A stretch of 64,000 nt of DNA from Eledone cirrhosa (Eukaryota): positions 440,262,001-440,326,000 of the forward strand of contig OZ024740.1 in NCBI GenBank assembly GCA_964016885.1, given 5' to 3'. Shown here piece after piece: positions 52,601 through 64,000 of the stretch. The translations under genes and the position numbers were made by a program. The notes beneath the pieces were generated by a model, which was given only the letters and a program-made list of their open reading frames with translations, made no database searches and had not been told where the DNA came from. Positions within the stretch are counted from its first letter, which is position 1. The number at the start of each line of letters is the position of its first letter.

Positions 52601-55600
52601 TTGTTGTGTGTGTGGTTGTGTGTATGGTTGTGTGTGTGTGGTTGTGGGTGTGGTTGTGTGTGTGGTTGTGTGTGTGGTTGTGTGTGTGGTTGTATGTGTG
52701 GTTGTGTGTGTGGTTGTGTGTGTGGTTGTATGTGTGGTTGTGTGTGTGGTTGTGTGTGTGGTTGTGTGTGTGGTTGTATGTGTGGGAGTGTGTGTGGTTG
52801 TATGTATGGTTGTGTGTGTGGTTGTGTGTATGGTTGTGTGTGTGTGGTTGTGGGTGTGGTTGTGTGTGTGGTTGTGTGTGTGGTTGTGAGTGTGGTTGTA
52901 TGTGTGGTTGTGTGTGTTTGTGTGGTTGTGTGTGTGGTTGTGTGCGTGGTTGTGTGTGTGGTTGTATGTGGGGGAGTGTGTGTGGTTGTGTGTGTGGTTG
53001 TATGTATGGTTGTGTGTGTGGTTGTGTGTGTGGTTGTGTGTGTGGTTGTGTGTGTTTGTGTTGTTGTGTGTGTGGTTGTGTGTATGGTTGTGTGTGTGGT
53101 TGTGTGTGTGGTTGTGTGTGTGGTTGTATGTGTGGTTGTGTGTGTGGTTGTGTGTGTGGTTGTGTGTGTGGTTGTGTGTGTGGTTGTGTGTGTGGTTGCG
53201 TGTGTGGTTGTGTGTGTGGTTGTGTGTGTGGTTGTGTGTGTGGTTGTATGTATGGTTGTGTGTTTGGTTGTGTGTGTGGTTGTGTGTGTGGTTGTATGTG
53301 TGGTTGTGTGTTTGGTTGTGTGTGTGGTTGTATGTATGGTTGTATGTGTGTTTGTGTGTGTTTGTGTGGTTGTGTGTGTGGTTGTGTGTGTGGTTGTATG
53401 TGTGGTTGTATGTATGGTTGTGTGTGTGGTTGTGTGTGTGGTTGTGTGTGGTTGTGTGTGTGGTTGTATATGTGGTTGTGTGTGTGGTTGTGTGTGTGGT
53501 TGTATGTGTGGTTGTGTGTGTTTGTGTGGTTGTGTGTGTGGTTGTGTGTGTAGTTGTATGTATGGTTGTGTGTGTGGTTGTGTGTGTGGTTGTGTGTGTG
53601 GTTGTATGTGTGGCTGTGTGTGTTTGTGTGGTTGTGTGTGTGGTTATGTTTGTGGTTGTGTGTGTGGTTGTGTGTGTGGTTGTGTGTGTGGCTGTGTGTG
53701 TGGTTGTGTGTGTGGTTGTATGTATGGTTGTATGTGTGTTTGTGTGTGTTTGTGTGGTTGTGTGTGTGGTTGTGTGTGTGGTTGTATGTGTGGTTGTATG
53801 TATGGTTGTGTGTGTGGTTGTGTGTGTGGTTGTGTGTGGTTGTGTGTGTGGTTGTATATGTGGTTGTGTGTGTGGTTGCGTGTGTGGTTGTATGTGTGGT
53901 TGTGTGTGTTTGTGTGGTTGTGTGTGTGGTTGTGTGTGTGGTTGTATGTATGGTTGTGTGTGTGGTTGTGTGTGTGGTTGTGTGTGTGGTTGTATGTATG
54001 GTTGTGTGTGTGGTTGTATGTGTGGCTGTGTGTGTATGTGTGGTTGTGTGTGTGGTTGTGTTTGTGGTTGTGTCTGTGGTTGTGTGTGTGGTTGTGTGTG
54101 TGGCTTTGTGTGTGGTTGTGTGTGTGGTTGTGTGTGTGGTTGTGTGTGTTTGTGTGGTTGTGTGTGTGGTTGTATGTATGGTTGTGTGTGTGGTTGTGTG
54201 TGTGGTTGTGTGTGTGGTTGTGTGTGTGGTTGTATGTATGGTTGTGTGTGTGGTTGTGTGTGTGGTTGTGTGTGTGGTTGTGTGTGTGGTTGTGTGTGTG
54301 GTTGTGTGTGTGGTTGTATGTATGGTTGTGTGTTTGGTTGTGTGTGTGGTTGTGTGTGTGGTTGTATGTGTGGTTGTGTGTGTGGTTGTGTGTGTGGTTG
54401 TATGTGTGGTTGTGTGTGTGGTTGTGTGTGTGGTTGTATGTATGGTTGTATGTGTGTTTGTGTGTGTTTGTGTGGTTGTGTGTGTGGTTGTGTGTGTGGT
54501 TGTGTGTGTGGTTGTGTGTGTGGTTGTGTGTGTTGTTGTGTGTGAGGTTGTGTGTATGGTTGTATGTGTGGTTGTGTGTTTGGTTGTGTGTGTGGTTGTG
54601 TGTGTGGTCGTATGTGTGGTTGTGTGTGTGGTTGTGTGTGTGGTTGTATGTATGGTTGTATGTGTGTTTGTGTGTGTTTGTGTGGTTGTGTGTGTGGTTG
54701 TGTGTGTGGTTGTATGTGTGGTTGTGTGTGTGGTTGTGTGTGTGGTTGTATGTGTGGTTGTGTGTGTGGTTGTGTGTGTGGTTGTATGTATGGTTGTATG
54801 TGTGTTTGTGTGTGTTTGTGTGGTTGTGTGTGTGGTTGTGTGTGTGGTTGTATGTGTGGTTGTATGTATGGTTGTGTGTGTGTGGTGGTGTGTGTGGTTG
54901 TGTGTGGTTGTGTGTGTGGTTGTATGTGTGGTTGTGTGTGTGGTTGTGTGTGTGGTTGTATGTGTGGTTGTGTGTGTTTGTGTGGTTGTGTGTGTGGTTG
55001 TGTGTGTGGTTGTATGTATGGTTGTGTGTGTGATTGTGTGTGTGGTTGTGTGTGTGGTTGTATGTGTGGTTGTGTGTGTGGTTGTGTGTGTGGTTGTATG
55101 TGTGGTTGTGTGTGTGGTTGTGTGTGTGGTTGTGTGTGTGGTTGTATGTGTGGGAGTGTGTGTGGTTGTATGTATGGTTTTGTGTGTGGTTGTGTGTATG
55201 GTTGTGTGTGTGTGGTTGTGTGTGTGGTTGTGTGTGTGGTTGTGTGTGTGGTTGTATGTGTGGTTGTATGTGTGGTTGTGTGTGTTTGTGTGGTTTTGTG
55301 TGTGGTTGTGTGCGTGGTTGTTTGTGTGGTTGTATGTGTGGGAGTGTGTGTGGTTGTGTGTGTGGTTGTATGTGTGGTTGTGTGTGTTTGTGTGGTTGTG
55401 TGTGTGGTTGTATGTATGGTTGTGTGTGTGGTTGTGTGTGTGGTTGTGTGTGTGGTTGTGTGTGTTTGTGTTGTTGTGTGGGTGGTTGTGTGTATGGTTG
55501 TGTGTGTGATTGTGTGTGTGGTTGTGTGTGTGGTTGTATGTGTGGTTGTGTGTGTGGTTGTGTGTGTGGTTGTGTGTGTGGCTGTGTGTGTGGTTGTGTG

Positions 55601-58600
55601 TGTGGTTGTGTGTGTGGTTGTGTGTGTGGTTGTGTGTGTGGTTGTATGTATGGTTGTGTGTTTGGTTGTGTGTGTGGTTGTGTGTGTGGTTGTATGTGTG
55701 GTTGTGTGTGTGGTTGTGTGTGTGGTTGTATGTGTGGTTGTGTGTGTGGTTGTGTGTGTGGTTGTATGTATGGTTGTGTGTTTGGTTGTGTGTGTGGTTG
55801 TGTGTGTGGTTGTATGTGTGGTTGTGTGTGTGGTTGTGTGTGTGGTTGTGTGTGTGGTTGTGTGTGTGGTTGTATGTGTGGTTGTGTGTGTGGTTGTATG
55901 TATGGTTGTATGTGTATTTGTGTGTGTTTGTGTGGTTGTGTGTGTTTGTGTGTATGGTTGTGTGTGTGGTTGTGTGTGTGGTTGTGTGTGTGGTTGTATG
56001 TGTGGTTGTGTGTGTGGTTGTGTGTGTGGGTGTATGTATGGTTGTATGTGTGTTTGTGTGTGTTTGTGTGGTTGTGTGTGTGGTTGTGTGTGTGGTTGTA
56101 TGTATGGTTGTATGTGTGTTTGTGTGTGTTTGTGTGGTTGTGTGTGTGGTTGTGTGTGTGGTTGTATGTGTGGTTGTATGTATGGTTGTGTGTGTGGTTG
56201 TGTGTGTGGTTGTGTGTGGTTGTGTGTGTAGTTGTATATGTGGTTGTGTGTGTGGTTGTGTGTGTGGTTGTATGTGTGGTTGTGTGTGTTTGTGTGGTTG
56301 TGTGTGTGGTTCTGTGTGTGTTTGTATGTATGGTTGTGTGTGTGGTTGTGTGTGTGGTTGTGTGTGTGGTTGTATGTGTGGCTGTGTGTGTTTGTGTGGT
56401 TGTGTGTGTGGTTGTGTTTGTGGTTGTGTGTGTGGTTGTGTGTGTGGTTGTGTGTGTGGCTGTGTGTGTGGTTGTGTGTGTGGTTGTGTGTGTGGTTGTG
56501 TGTGTGGTTGTATGTATGGTTGTGTGTGTGGTTGTGTGTGTGGTTGTGTGTGTGGTTGTGTGTGTTTGTGTGGTTGTGTGTGTGGTTGTGTGTATGGTTG
56601 TGTGTATGGTTGTGTGTGTGGTTGTGTGTGTGGTTGTGTGTGTGGTTGTATGTGTGGTTGTGTGTGTGGTTGTGTGTGTGGTTGTGTGTGTGGTTGTGTG
56701 TGTGGTTGTGTGTGTGGTTGTGTGTGTGGTTGTATGTGTGGGAGTGTGTGTGGTTGTATGTATGGTTGTGTGTGTGGTTGTGTGTATGGTTGTCGGTGTG
56801 TGGTTGTGGGTGTGGTTGTGTGTGTGGTTGTGTGTGTGGTTGTGTGTGTGGTTGTATGTGTGGTTGTGTGTGTTTGTGTGGTTGTGTGTGTGGTTGTGTG
56901 CGTGGTTGTGTGTGTGGTTGTATGTGGGGGAGTGTGTGTGGTTGTGTGTGTGGTTGTATGTATGGTTGTGTGTGTGGTTGTGTGTGTGGTTGTGTGTGTG
57001 GTTGTGTGTGTTTGTGTGGTTGTGTGTGTGGTTGTATGTATGGTTGTGTGTGTGGTTGTATGTGTGGTTGTGTGTGTGGTTGTGTGTGTTTGTGTTGTTG
57101 TGTGTGTGGTTGTGTGTATGGTTGTGTGTGTGGTTGTGTGTGTGGTTGTGTGTGTGGTTGTATGTGTGGTTGTGTGTGTGGTTGTGTGTGTGGTTGTGTG
57201 TGTGGTTGTGTGTGTTTGTGTGTGTGGTTGTGTGTGTGGTTGTGTGTGTGGTTGTGTGTGTGGTTGTGTGTGTGGTTGTAGGTATGGTTGTGTGTTTGGT
57301 TGTGTGTGTGGTTGTGTGTGTGGTTGTATGTGTGGTTGTGTGTTTGGTTGTGTGTGTGGTTGTATGTATGGTTGTATGTGTGTTTGTGTGTGTTTGTGTG
57401 GTTGTGTGTGTGGTTGTGTGTGTGGTTGTATGTGTGGTTGTATGTATGGTTGTGTGTGTGGTTGTGTGTGTGGTTGTGTGTGGTTGTGTGTGTGGTTGTA
57501 TATGTGGTTGTGTGTGTGGTTGTGTGTGTGGTTGTATGTGTGGTTGTGTGTGTTTGTGTGGTTGTGTGTGTGGTTGTGTGTGTAGTTGTATGTATGGTTG
57601 TGTGTGTGGTTGTGTGTGTGGTTGTGTGTGTGGTTGTATGTGTGGCTGTGTGTGTTTGTGTGGTTGTGTGTGTGGTTGTGTTTGTGGTTGTGTGTGTGGT
57701 TGTGTGTGTGGTTGTGTGTGTGGCTGTGTGTGTGGTTGTGTGTGTGGTTGTGTGTGTTTGTGTGGTTGTGTGTGTGGTTGTATGTATGGTTGTGTGTGTG
57801 GTTGTGTGTGTGGTTGTGTGCGTGGTTGTGTGTTTGTGTGGTTGTGTGTGTGGTTGTGTGTATGGTTGTGTGTGTGGTTGTGTGTGCGGTTGTGTGTGTG
57901 TGGTTGTGTGTGTGGTTGTGTGTGTGTGGTTGTGTGTGTGGTTGTGTGTATGGTTGTGTGTGTGGTTGTGTGTGTGGTTGTGTGTGTGGTTGTGTGTGTG
58001 GTTGTGTGTGTGGTTGTGTGCGCGGTTGTATGTGTGGTTGTGTGTGTGGTTGTGTGTGTGGGTGTATGTATGGTTGTATGTGTGTTTGTGTGTGTTTGTG
58101 TGGTTGTGTGTGTGGTTGTGTGTGTGGTTGTATGTATGGTTGTATGTGTGTTTGTGTGTGTTTGTGTGGTTGTGTGTGTGGTTGTGTGTGTGGTTGTATG
58201 TGTGGTTGTATGTATGGTTGTGTGTGTGGTTGTGTGTGTGGTTGTGTGTGGTTGTGTGTGTGGTTGTATATGTGGTTGTGTGTGTGGTTGCGTGTGTGGT
58301 TGTATGTGTGGTTGTGTGTGTTTGTGTGGTTGTGTGTGTGGTTGTGTGTGTGGTTGTATGTATGGTTGTGTGTGTGGTTGTGTGTGTGGTTGTGTGTGTG
58401 GTTGTATGTATGGTTGTGTGTGTGGTTGTATGTGTGGCTGTGTGTGTATGTGTGGTTGTGTGTGTGGTTGTGTTTGTGGTTGTGTCTGTGGTTGTGTGTG
58501 TGGTTGTGTGTGTGGCTTTGTGTGTGGTTGTGTGTGTGGTTGTGTGTGTGGTTGTGTGTGTTTGTGTGGTTGTGTGTGTGGTTGTATGTATGGTTGTGTG

Positions 58601-61600
58601 TGTGGTTGTGTGTGTGGTTGTGTGTGTGGTTGTGTGTGTGGTTGTATGTGTGGTTGTGTGTGTGGTTGTGTGTGTGGTTGTATGTGTGGTTGTGTGTGTG
58701 ATTGTGTGTGTGGTTGTATGTATGGTTGTATGTGTGTTTGTGTGTGTTTGTGTGGTTGTGTGTGTGGTTGTGTGTGTGGTTGTGTGTGTGGTTGTGTGTG
58801 TGGTTGTGTGTGTTGTTGTGTGTGTAGTTGTGTGTATGGTTGTATGTGTGGTTGTGTGTTTGGTTGTGTGTGTGGTTGTGTGTGTGGTCGTATGGGTGGT
58901 TGTGTGTGTGGTTGTGTGTGTGGTTGTATGTATGGTTGTATGTGTGTTTGTGTGTGTTTGTGTGGTTGTGTGTGTGGTTGTGTGTGTGGTTGTATGTGTG
59001 GTTGTGTGTGTGGTTGTGTGTGTGGTTGTATGTGTGGTTGTGTGTGTGGTTGTGTGTGTGGTTGTATGTATGGTTGTATGTGTGTTTGTGTGTGTTTGTG
59101 TGGTTGTGTGTGTGGTTGTGTGTGTGGTTGTATGTGTGGTTGTGTGTGTGGTTGTGTGTGTGGTTGTGTGTGTGGCTGTGTGTGTGGTTGTGTGTGTGGT
59201 TGTATGTATGGTTGTGTGTTTGGTTGTGTGTGTGGTTGTGTGTGTGGTTGTATGTGTGGTTGTGTGTGTGGTTGTGTGTGTGGTTGTGTGTGTGGTTGTA
59301 TGTATGGTTGTGTGTGTGGTTGTGTGTATGGTTGTGTGTGTGTGGTTGTGGGTGTGGTTGTGTGTGTGGTTGTGTGTGTGGTTGTGTGTGTGGTTGTGTG
59401 TGTGGTTGTGTGTGTGGTTGCGTGTGTGGTTGTGTGTGTGGTTGTGTGTGTGGTTGTGTGTGTGGTTGTATGTATGGTTGTGTGTTTGGTTGTGTGTGTG
59501 GTTGTGTGTGTGGTTGTATGTGTGGTTGTGTGTTTGGTTGTGTGTGTGGTTGTATGTATGGTTGTATGTGTGTTTGTGTGTGTTTGTGTGGTTGTGTGTG
59601 TGGTTGTGTGTGTGGTTGTATGTGTGGTTGTATGTATGGTTGTGTGTGTGGTTGTGTGTGTGGTTGTGTGTGGTTGTGTGTGTGGTTGTATATGTGGTTG
59701 TGTGTGTGGTTGTGTGTGTGGTTGTATGTGTGGTTGTGTGTGTTTGTGTGGTTGTGTGTGTGGTTGTGTGTGTAGTTGTATGTATGGTTGTGTGTGTGGT
59801 TGTGTGTGTGGTTGTGTGTGTGGTTGTATGTGTGGCTGTGTGTGTTTGTGTGGTTGTGTGTGTGGTTATGTTTGTGGTTGTGTGTGTGGTTGTGTGTGTG
59901 GTTGTGTGTGTGGCTGTGTGTGTGGTTGTGTGTGTGGTTGTGTGTGTGGTTGTGTGTGTTTGTGTGGTTGTGTGTGTGGTTGTATGTATGGTTGTGTGTG
60001 TGGTTGTGTGTGTGGTTGTGTGCGTGGTTGTGTGTTTGTGTGGTTGTGTGTGTGGTTGTGTGTATGGTTGTGTGTGTGGTTGTGTGTGTGGTTGTGTGTG
60101 TGTGGTTGTGTGTGTGGTTGTGTGTGTGTGGTTGTGTGTGTGGTTGTGTGTATGGTTGTGTGTGTGGTTGTGTGTGTGGTTGTGTGTGTGGTTGTGTGTG
60201 TGGTTGTGTGTGTGGTTGTGTGTGCGGTTGTATGTGTGGTTGTGTGTGTGGTTGTGTGTGTGGGTGTATGTATGGTTGTATGTGTGTTTGTGTGTGTTTG
60301 TGTGGTTGTGTGTGTGGTTGTGTGTGTGGTTGTATGTATGGTTGTATGTGTGTTTGTGTGTGTTTGTGTGGTTGTGTGTGTGGTTGTGTGTGTGGTTGTA
60401 TGTGTGGTTGTATGTATGGTTGTGTGTGTGGTTGTGTGTGTGGTTGTGTGTGGTTGTGTGTGTGGTTGTATATGTGGTTGTGTGTGTGGTTGCGTGTGTG
60501 GTTGTATGTGTGGTTGTGTGTGTTTGTGTGGTTGTGTGTGTGGTTGTGTGTGTGGTTGTATGTATGGTTGTGTGTGTGGTTGTGTGTGTGGTTGTGTGTG
60601 TGGTTGTATGTATGGTTGTGTGTGTGGTTGTATGTGTGGCTGTGTGTGTATGTGAGGTTGTGTGTGTGGTTGTGTTTGTGGTTGTGTCTGTGGTTGTGTG
60701 TGTGGTTGTATGTGTGGCTTTGTGTGTGGTTGTGTTTGTGGTTGTGTGTGTGGTTGTGTGTGTTTGTGTGGTTGTGTGTGTGGTTGTATGTATGGTTGTG
60801 TGTGTGGTTGTGTGTGTGGTTGTGTGTGTGGTTGTGTGTGTGGTTGTATGTATGGTTGTGTGTGTGGTTGTGTGTGTGGTTGTGTGTGTGGTTGTGTGTG
60901 TGGTTGTGTGTGTGGTTGTGTGTGTGGTTGTATGTATGGTTGTGTGTTTGGTTGTGTGTGTGGTTGTGTGTGTGGTTGTATGTGTGGTTGTGTGTGTGGT
61001 TGTGTGTGTGGTTGTATGTGTGGTTGTGTGTGTGGTTGTGTGTGTGGTTGTATGTATGGTTGTATGTGTGTTTGTGTGTGTTTGTGTGGTTGTGTGTGTG
61101 GTTGTGTGTGTGGTTGTGTGTGTGGTTGTGTGTGTGGTTGTGTGTGTTGTTGTGTGTGAGGTTGTGTGTATGGTTGTATGTGTGGTTGTGTGTTTGGTTG
61201 TGTGTGTGGTTGTGTGTGTGGTCGTATGTGTTTTTGTGTGTGTGGTTGTGTGTGTGGTTGTATGTATGGTTGTATGTGTGTTTGTGTGTGTTTGTGTGGT
61301 TGTGTGTGTGATTGTGTGTGTGGTTGTATGTGTGGTTGTGTGTGTGGTTGTGTGTGTGGTTGTATGTGTGGTTGTGTGTGTGGTTGTGTGTGTGGTTGTA
61401 TGTATGGTTGTATGTGTGTTTGTGTGTGTTTGTGTGGTTGTGTGTGTGGTTGTGTGTGTGGTTGTATGTGTGGTTGTATGTATGGTTGTGTGTGTGATTG
61501 TGTGTGTGGTTGTGTGTGTGGTTGTATGTGTGGTTGTGTGTGTGGTTGTGTGTGTGGTTGTATGTGTGGTTGTGTGTGTGGTTGTGTGTGTGGTTGTGTG

Positions 61601-64000
61601 TGTGGTTGTATGTGTGGGAGTGTGTGTGGTTGTATGTATGGTTTTGTGTGTGGTTGTGTGTGTGGGTGTATGTATGGTTGTATGTGTGTTTGTGTGTGTT
61701 TGTGTGGTTGTGTGTGTGGTTGTGTGTGTGGTTGTTTATGTGGAAGTGTGTGTGGTTGTATGTATGGTTGTGTGTGTGGTTGTGTGTGTGGGTGTATGTA
61801 TGGTTGTATGTGTGTTTGTGTGTGTTTGTGTGGTCGTGTGTGTGGTTGTGTGTGTGGTTGTATGTATGGTTGTATGTGTGTTTGTGTGTGTTTGTGTGGT
61901 TGTGTGTGTGGTTGTGTGTGTGGTTGTATGTGTGGTTGTATGTATGGTTGTGTGTGTGGTTGTGTGTGTGGTTGTGTGTGGTTGTGTGTGTAGTTGTATA
62001 TGTGGTTGTGTGTGTGGTTGTGTGTGTGGTTGTATGTGTGGTTGTGTGTGTTTGTGTGGTTGTGTGTGTGGTTCTGTGTGTGTTTGTATGTATGGTTGTG
62101 TGTGTGGTTGTGTGTGTGGTTGTGTGTGTGGTTGTATGTGTGGCTGTGTGTGTTTGTGTGGTTGTGTGTGTGGTTGTGTTTGTGGTTGTGTGTGTGGTTG
62201 TGTGTGTGGTTGTGTGTGTGGCTGTGTGTGTGGTTGTGTGTGTGGTTGTGTGTGTGGTTGTGTGTGTGGTTGTATGTATGGTTGTGTGTGTGGTTGTGTG
62301 TGTGGTTGTGTGTGTGGTTGTGTGTGTTTGTGTGGTTGTGTGTGTGGTTGTGTGTATGGTTGTGTGTGTGGTTGTGTGTGTGGTTGTGTGTGTGGTTGTG
62401 TGTGTGGTTGTATGTGTGGTTGTGTGTGTGGTTGTGTGTGTGGTTGTGTGTGTGGTTGTGTGTGTGGTTGTGTGTGTGGTTGTGTGTGTGGTTGTATGTG
62501 TGGGAGTGTGTGTGGTTGTATGTATGGTTGTGTGTGTGGTTGTGTGTATGGTTGTCGGTGTGTGGTTGTGGGTGTGGTTGTGTGTGTGGTTGTGTGTGTG
62601 GTTGTGTGTGTGGTTGTATGTGTGGTTGTGTGTGTTTGTGTGGTTGTGTGTGTGGTTGTGTGCGTGGTTGTGTGTGTGGTTGTATGTGGGGGAGTGTGTG
62701 TGGTTGTGTGTGTGGTTGTATGTATGGTTGTGTGTGTGGTTGTGTTTGTGGTTGTGTGTGTGGTTGTGTGTGTTTGTGTGGTTGTGTGTGTGGTTGTATG
62801 TATGGTTGTGTGTGTGGTTGTATGTGTGGTTGTGTGTGTGGTTGTGTGTGTTTGTGTTGTTGTGTGTGTGGTTGTGTGTATGGTTGTGTGTGTGGTTGTG
62901 TGTGTGGTTGTGTGTGTGGTTGTATGTGTGGTTGTGTGTGTGGTTGTGTGTGTGGTTGTGTGTGTGGTTGTGTGTGTGGTTGTGTGTGTGGTTGTGTGTG
63001 TGGTTGTGTGTGTGGTTGTGTGTGTGGTTGTGTGTGTGGTTGTATGTATGGTTGTGTGTTTGGTTGTGTGTGTGGTTGTGTGTGTGGTTGTATGTGTGGT
63101 TGTGTGTTTGGTTGTGTGTGTGGTTGTATGTATGGTTGTATGTGTGTTTGTGTGTGTTTGTGTGGTTGTGTGTGTGGTTGTGTGTGTGGTTGTATGTGTG
63201 GTTGTATGTATGGTTGTGTGTGTGGTTGTGTGTGTGGTTGTGTGTGGTTGTGTGTGTGGTTGTATATGTGGTTGTGTGTGTGGTTGTGTGTGTGGTTGTA
63301 TGTGTGGTTGTGTGTGTTTGTGTGGTTGTGTGTGTGGTTGTGTGTGTAGTTGTATGTATGGTTGTGTGTGTGGTTGTGTGTGTGGTTGTGTGTGTGGTTG
63401 TATGTGTGGCTGTGTGTGTTTGTGTGGTTGTGTGTGTGGTTGTGTTTGTGGTTGTGTGTGTGGTTGTGTGTGTGGTTGTGTGTGTGGCTGTGTGTGTGGT
63501 TGTGTGTGTGGTTGTGTGTGTGGTTGTGTGTGTTTGTGTGGTTGTGTGTGTGGTTGTATGTATGGTTGTGTGTGTGGTTGTGTGTGTGGTTGTGTGCCTG
63601 GTTGTGTGTTTGTGTGGTTGTGTGTGTGGTTGTGTGTATGGTTGTGTGTGTGGTTGTGTGTGTGGTTGTGTGTGTGTGGTTGTGTGTGTGGTTGTGTGTG
63701 TGTGGTTGTGTGTGTGGTTGTGTGTATGGTTGTGTGTGTGGTTGTGTGTGTGGTTGTGTGTGTGGTTGTGTGTGTGGTTGTGTGTGTGGTTGTGTGTGCG
63801 GTTGTATGTGTGGTTGTGTGTGTGGTTGTGTGTGTGGGTGTATGTTTTGTTGTATGTGTGTTTGTGTGTGTTTGTGTGGTTGTGTGTGTGGTTGTGTGTG
63901 TGGTTGTATGTATGGTTGTATGTGTGTTTGTGTGTGTTTGTGTGGTTGTGTGTGTGGTTGTGTGTGTGGTTGTATGTGTGGTTGTATGTATGGTTGTGTG
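31643..64000. repeat. 12-bp GT-rich satellite (GGTTGTGTGTGT), >32 kb, open at window end, with ~5.4-5.5 kb and ~5.8-6.6 kb higher-order repeats
   Basis: 4-aa periodic ORFs (CVCG, VVVC, WLCV). Marker GTTGAATG at ~33350, 38794, 44296; TATGGATGG at 34341, 39783, 45297; TGTCGGTG at 56791 and 62553. Confidence 0.98.

Noticed and set aside
31595-63349. Cys/Val/Trp-rich and His/Thr/Gln-rich ORFs (metallothionein- or keratin-associated-like)
   Set aside because: GT-only 12-mers cannot encode stops; all frames are open and swap at 2-bp slips, as expected for satellite DNA.

Overview
Eukaryotic, repeat-dominated window with no supportable host protein-coding gene. The tRNA-derived SINEs resemble, from my recollection, the abundant Octopus SINE family, so an octopod cephalopod is likely (inference). 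About 53 of 64 kb is three large satellite arrays, each with kb-scale higher-order structure: a 24-bp unit (1.3-15.75 kb), an 8-bp GGTTAGTT unit (16.2-22.3 kb) and a 12-bp GGTTGTGTGTGT unit (31.6 kb to window end). The giant ORFs in the track come from stop-poor repeat units. The informative part is the ~9 kb island at 22.6-31.6 kb. It holds (i) a stack of 5'-truncated L1/Tx1-type LINE ends inserted repeatedly at GATA/GGTA-type target sites with visible target-site duplications, (ii) a ~3.1 kb block bracketed by a ~120-bp direct repeat and by tail-to-tail SINEs, containing at least four type I hammerhead-ribozyme-like motifs of the minimal Penelope/retrozyme kind plus a long inverted repeat, and (iii) an RTE LINE fragment and many microsatellites.
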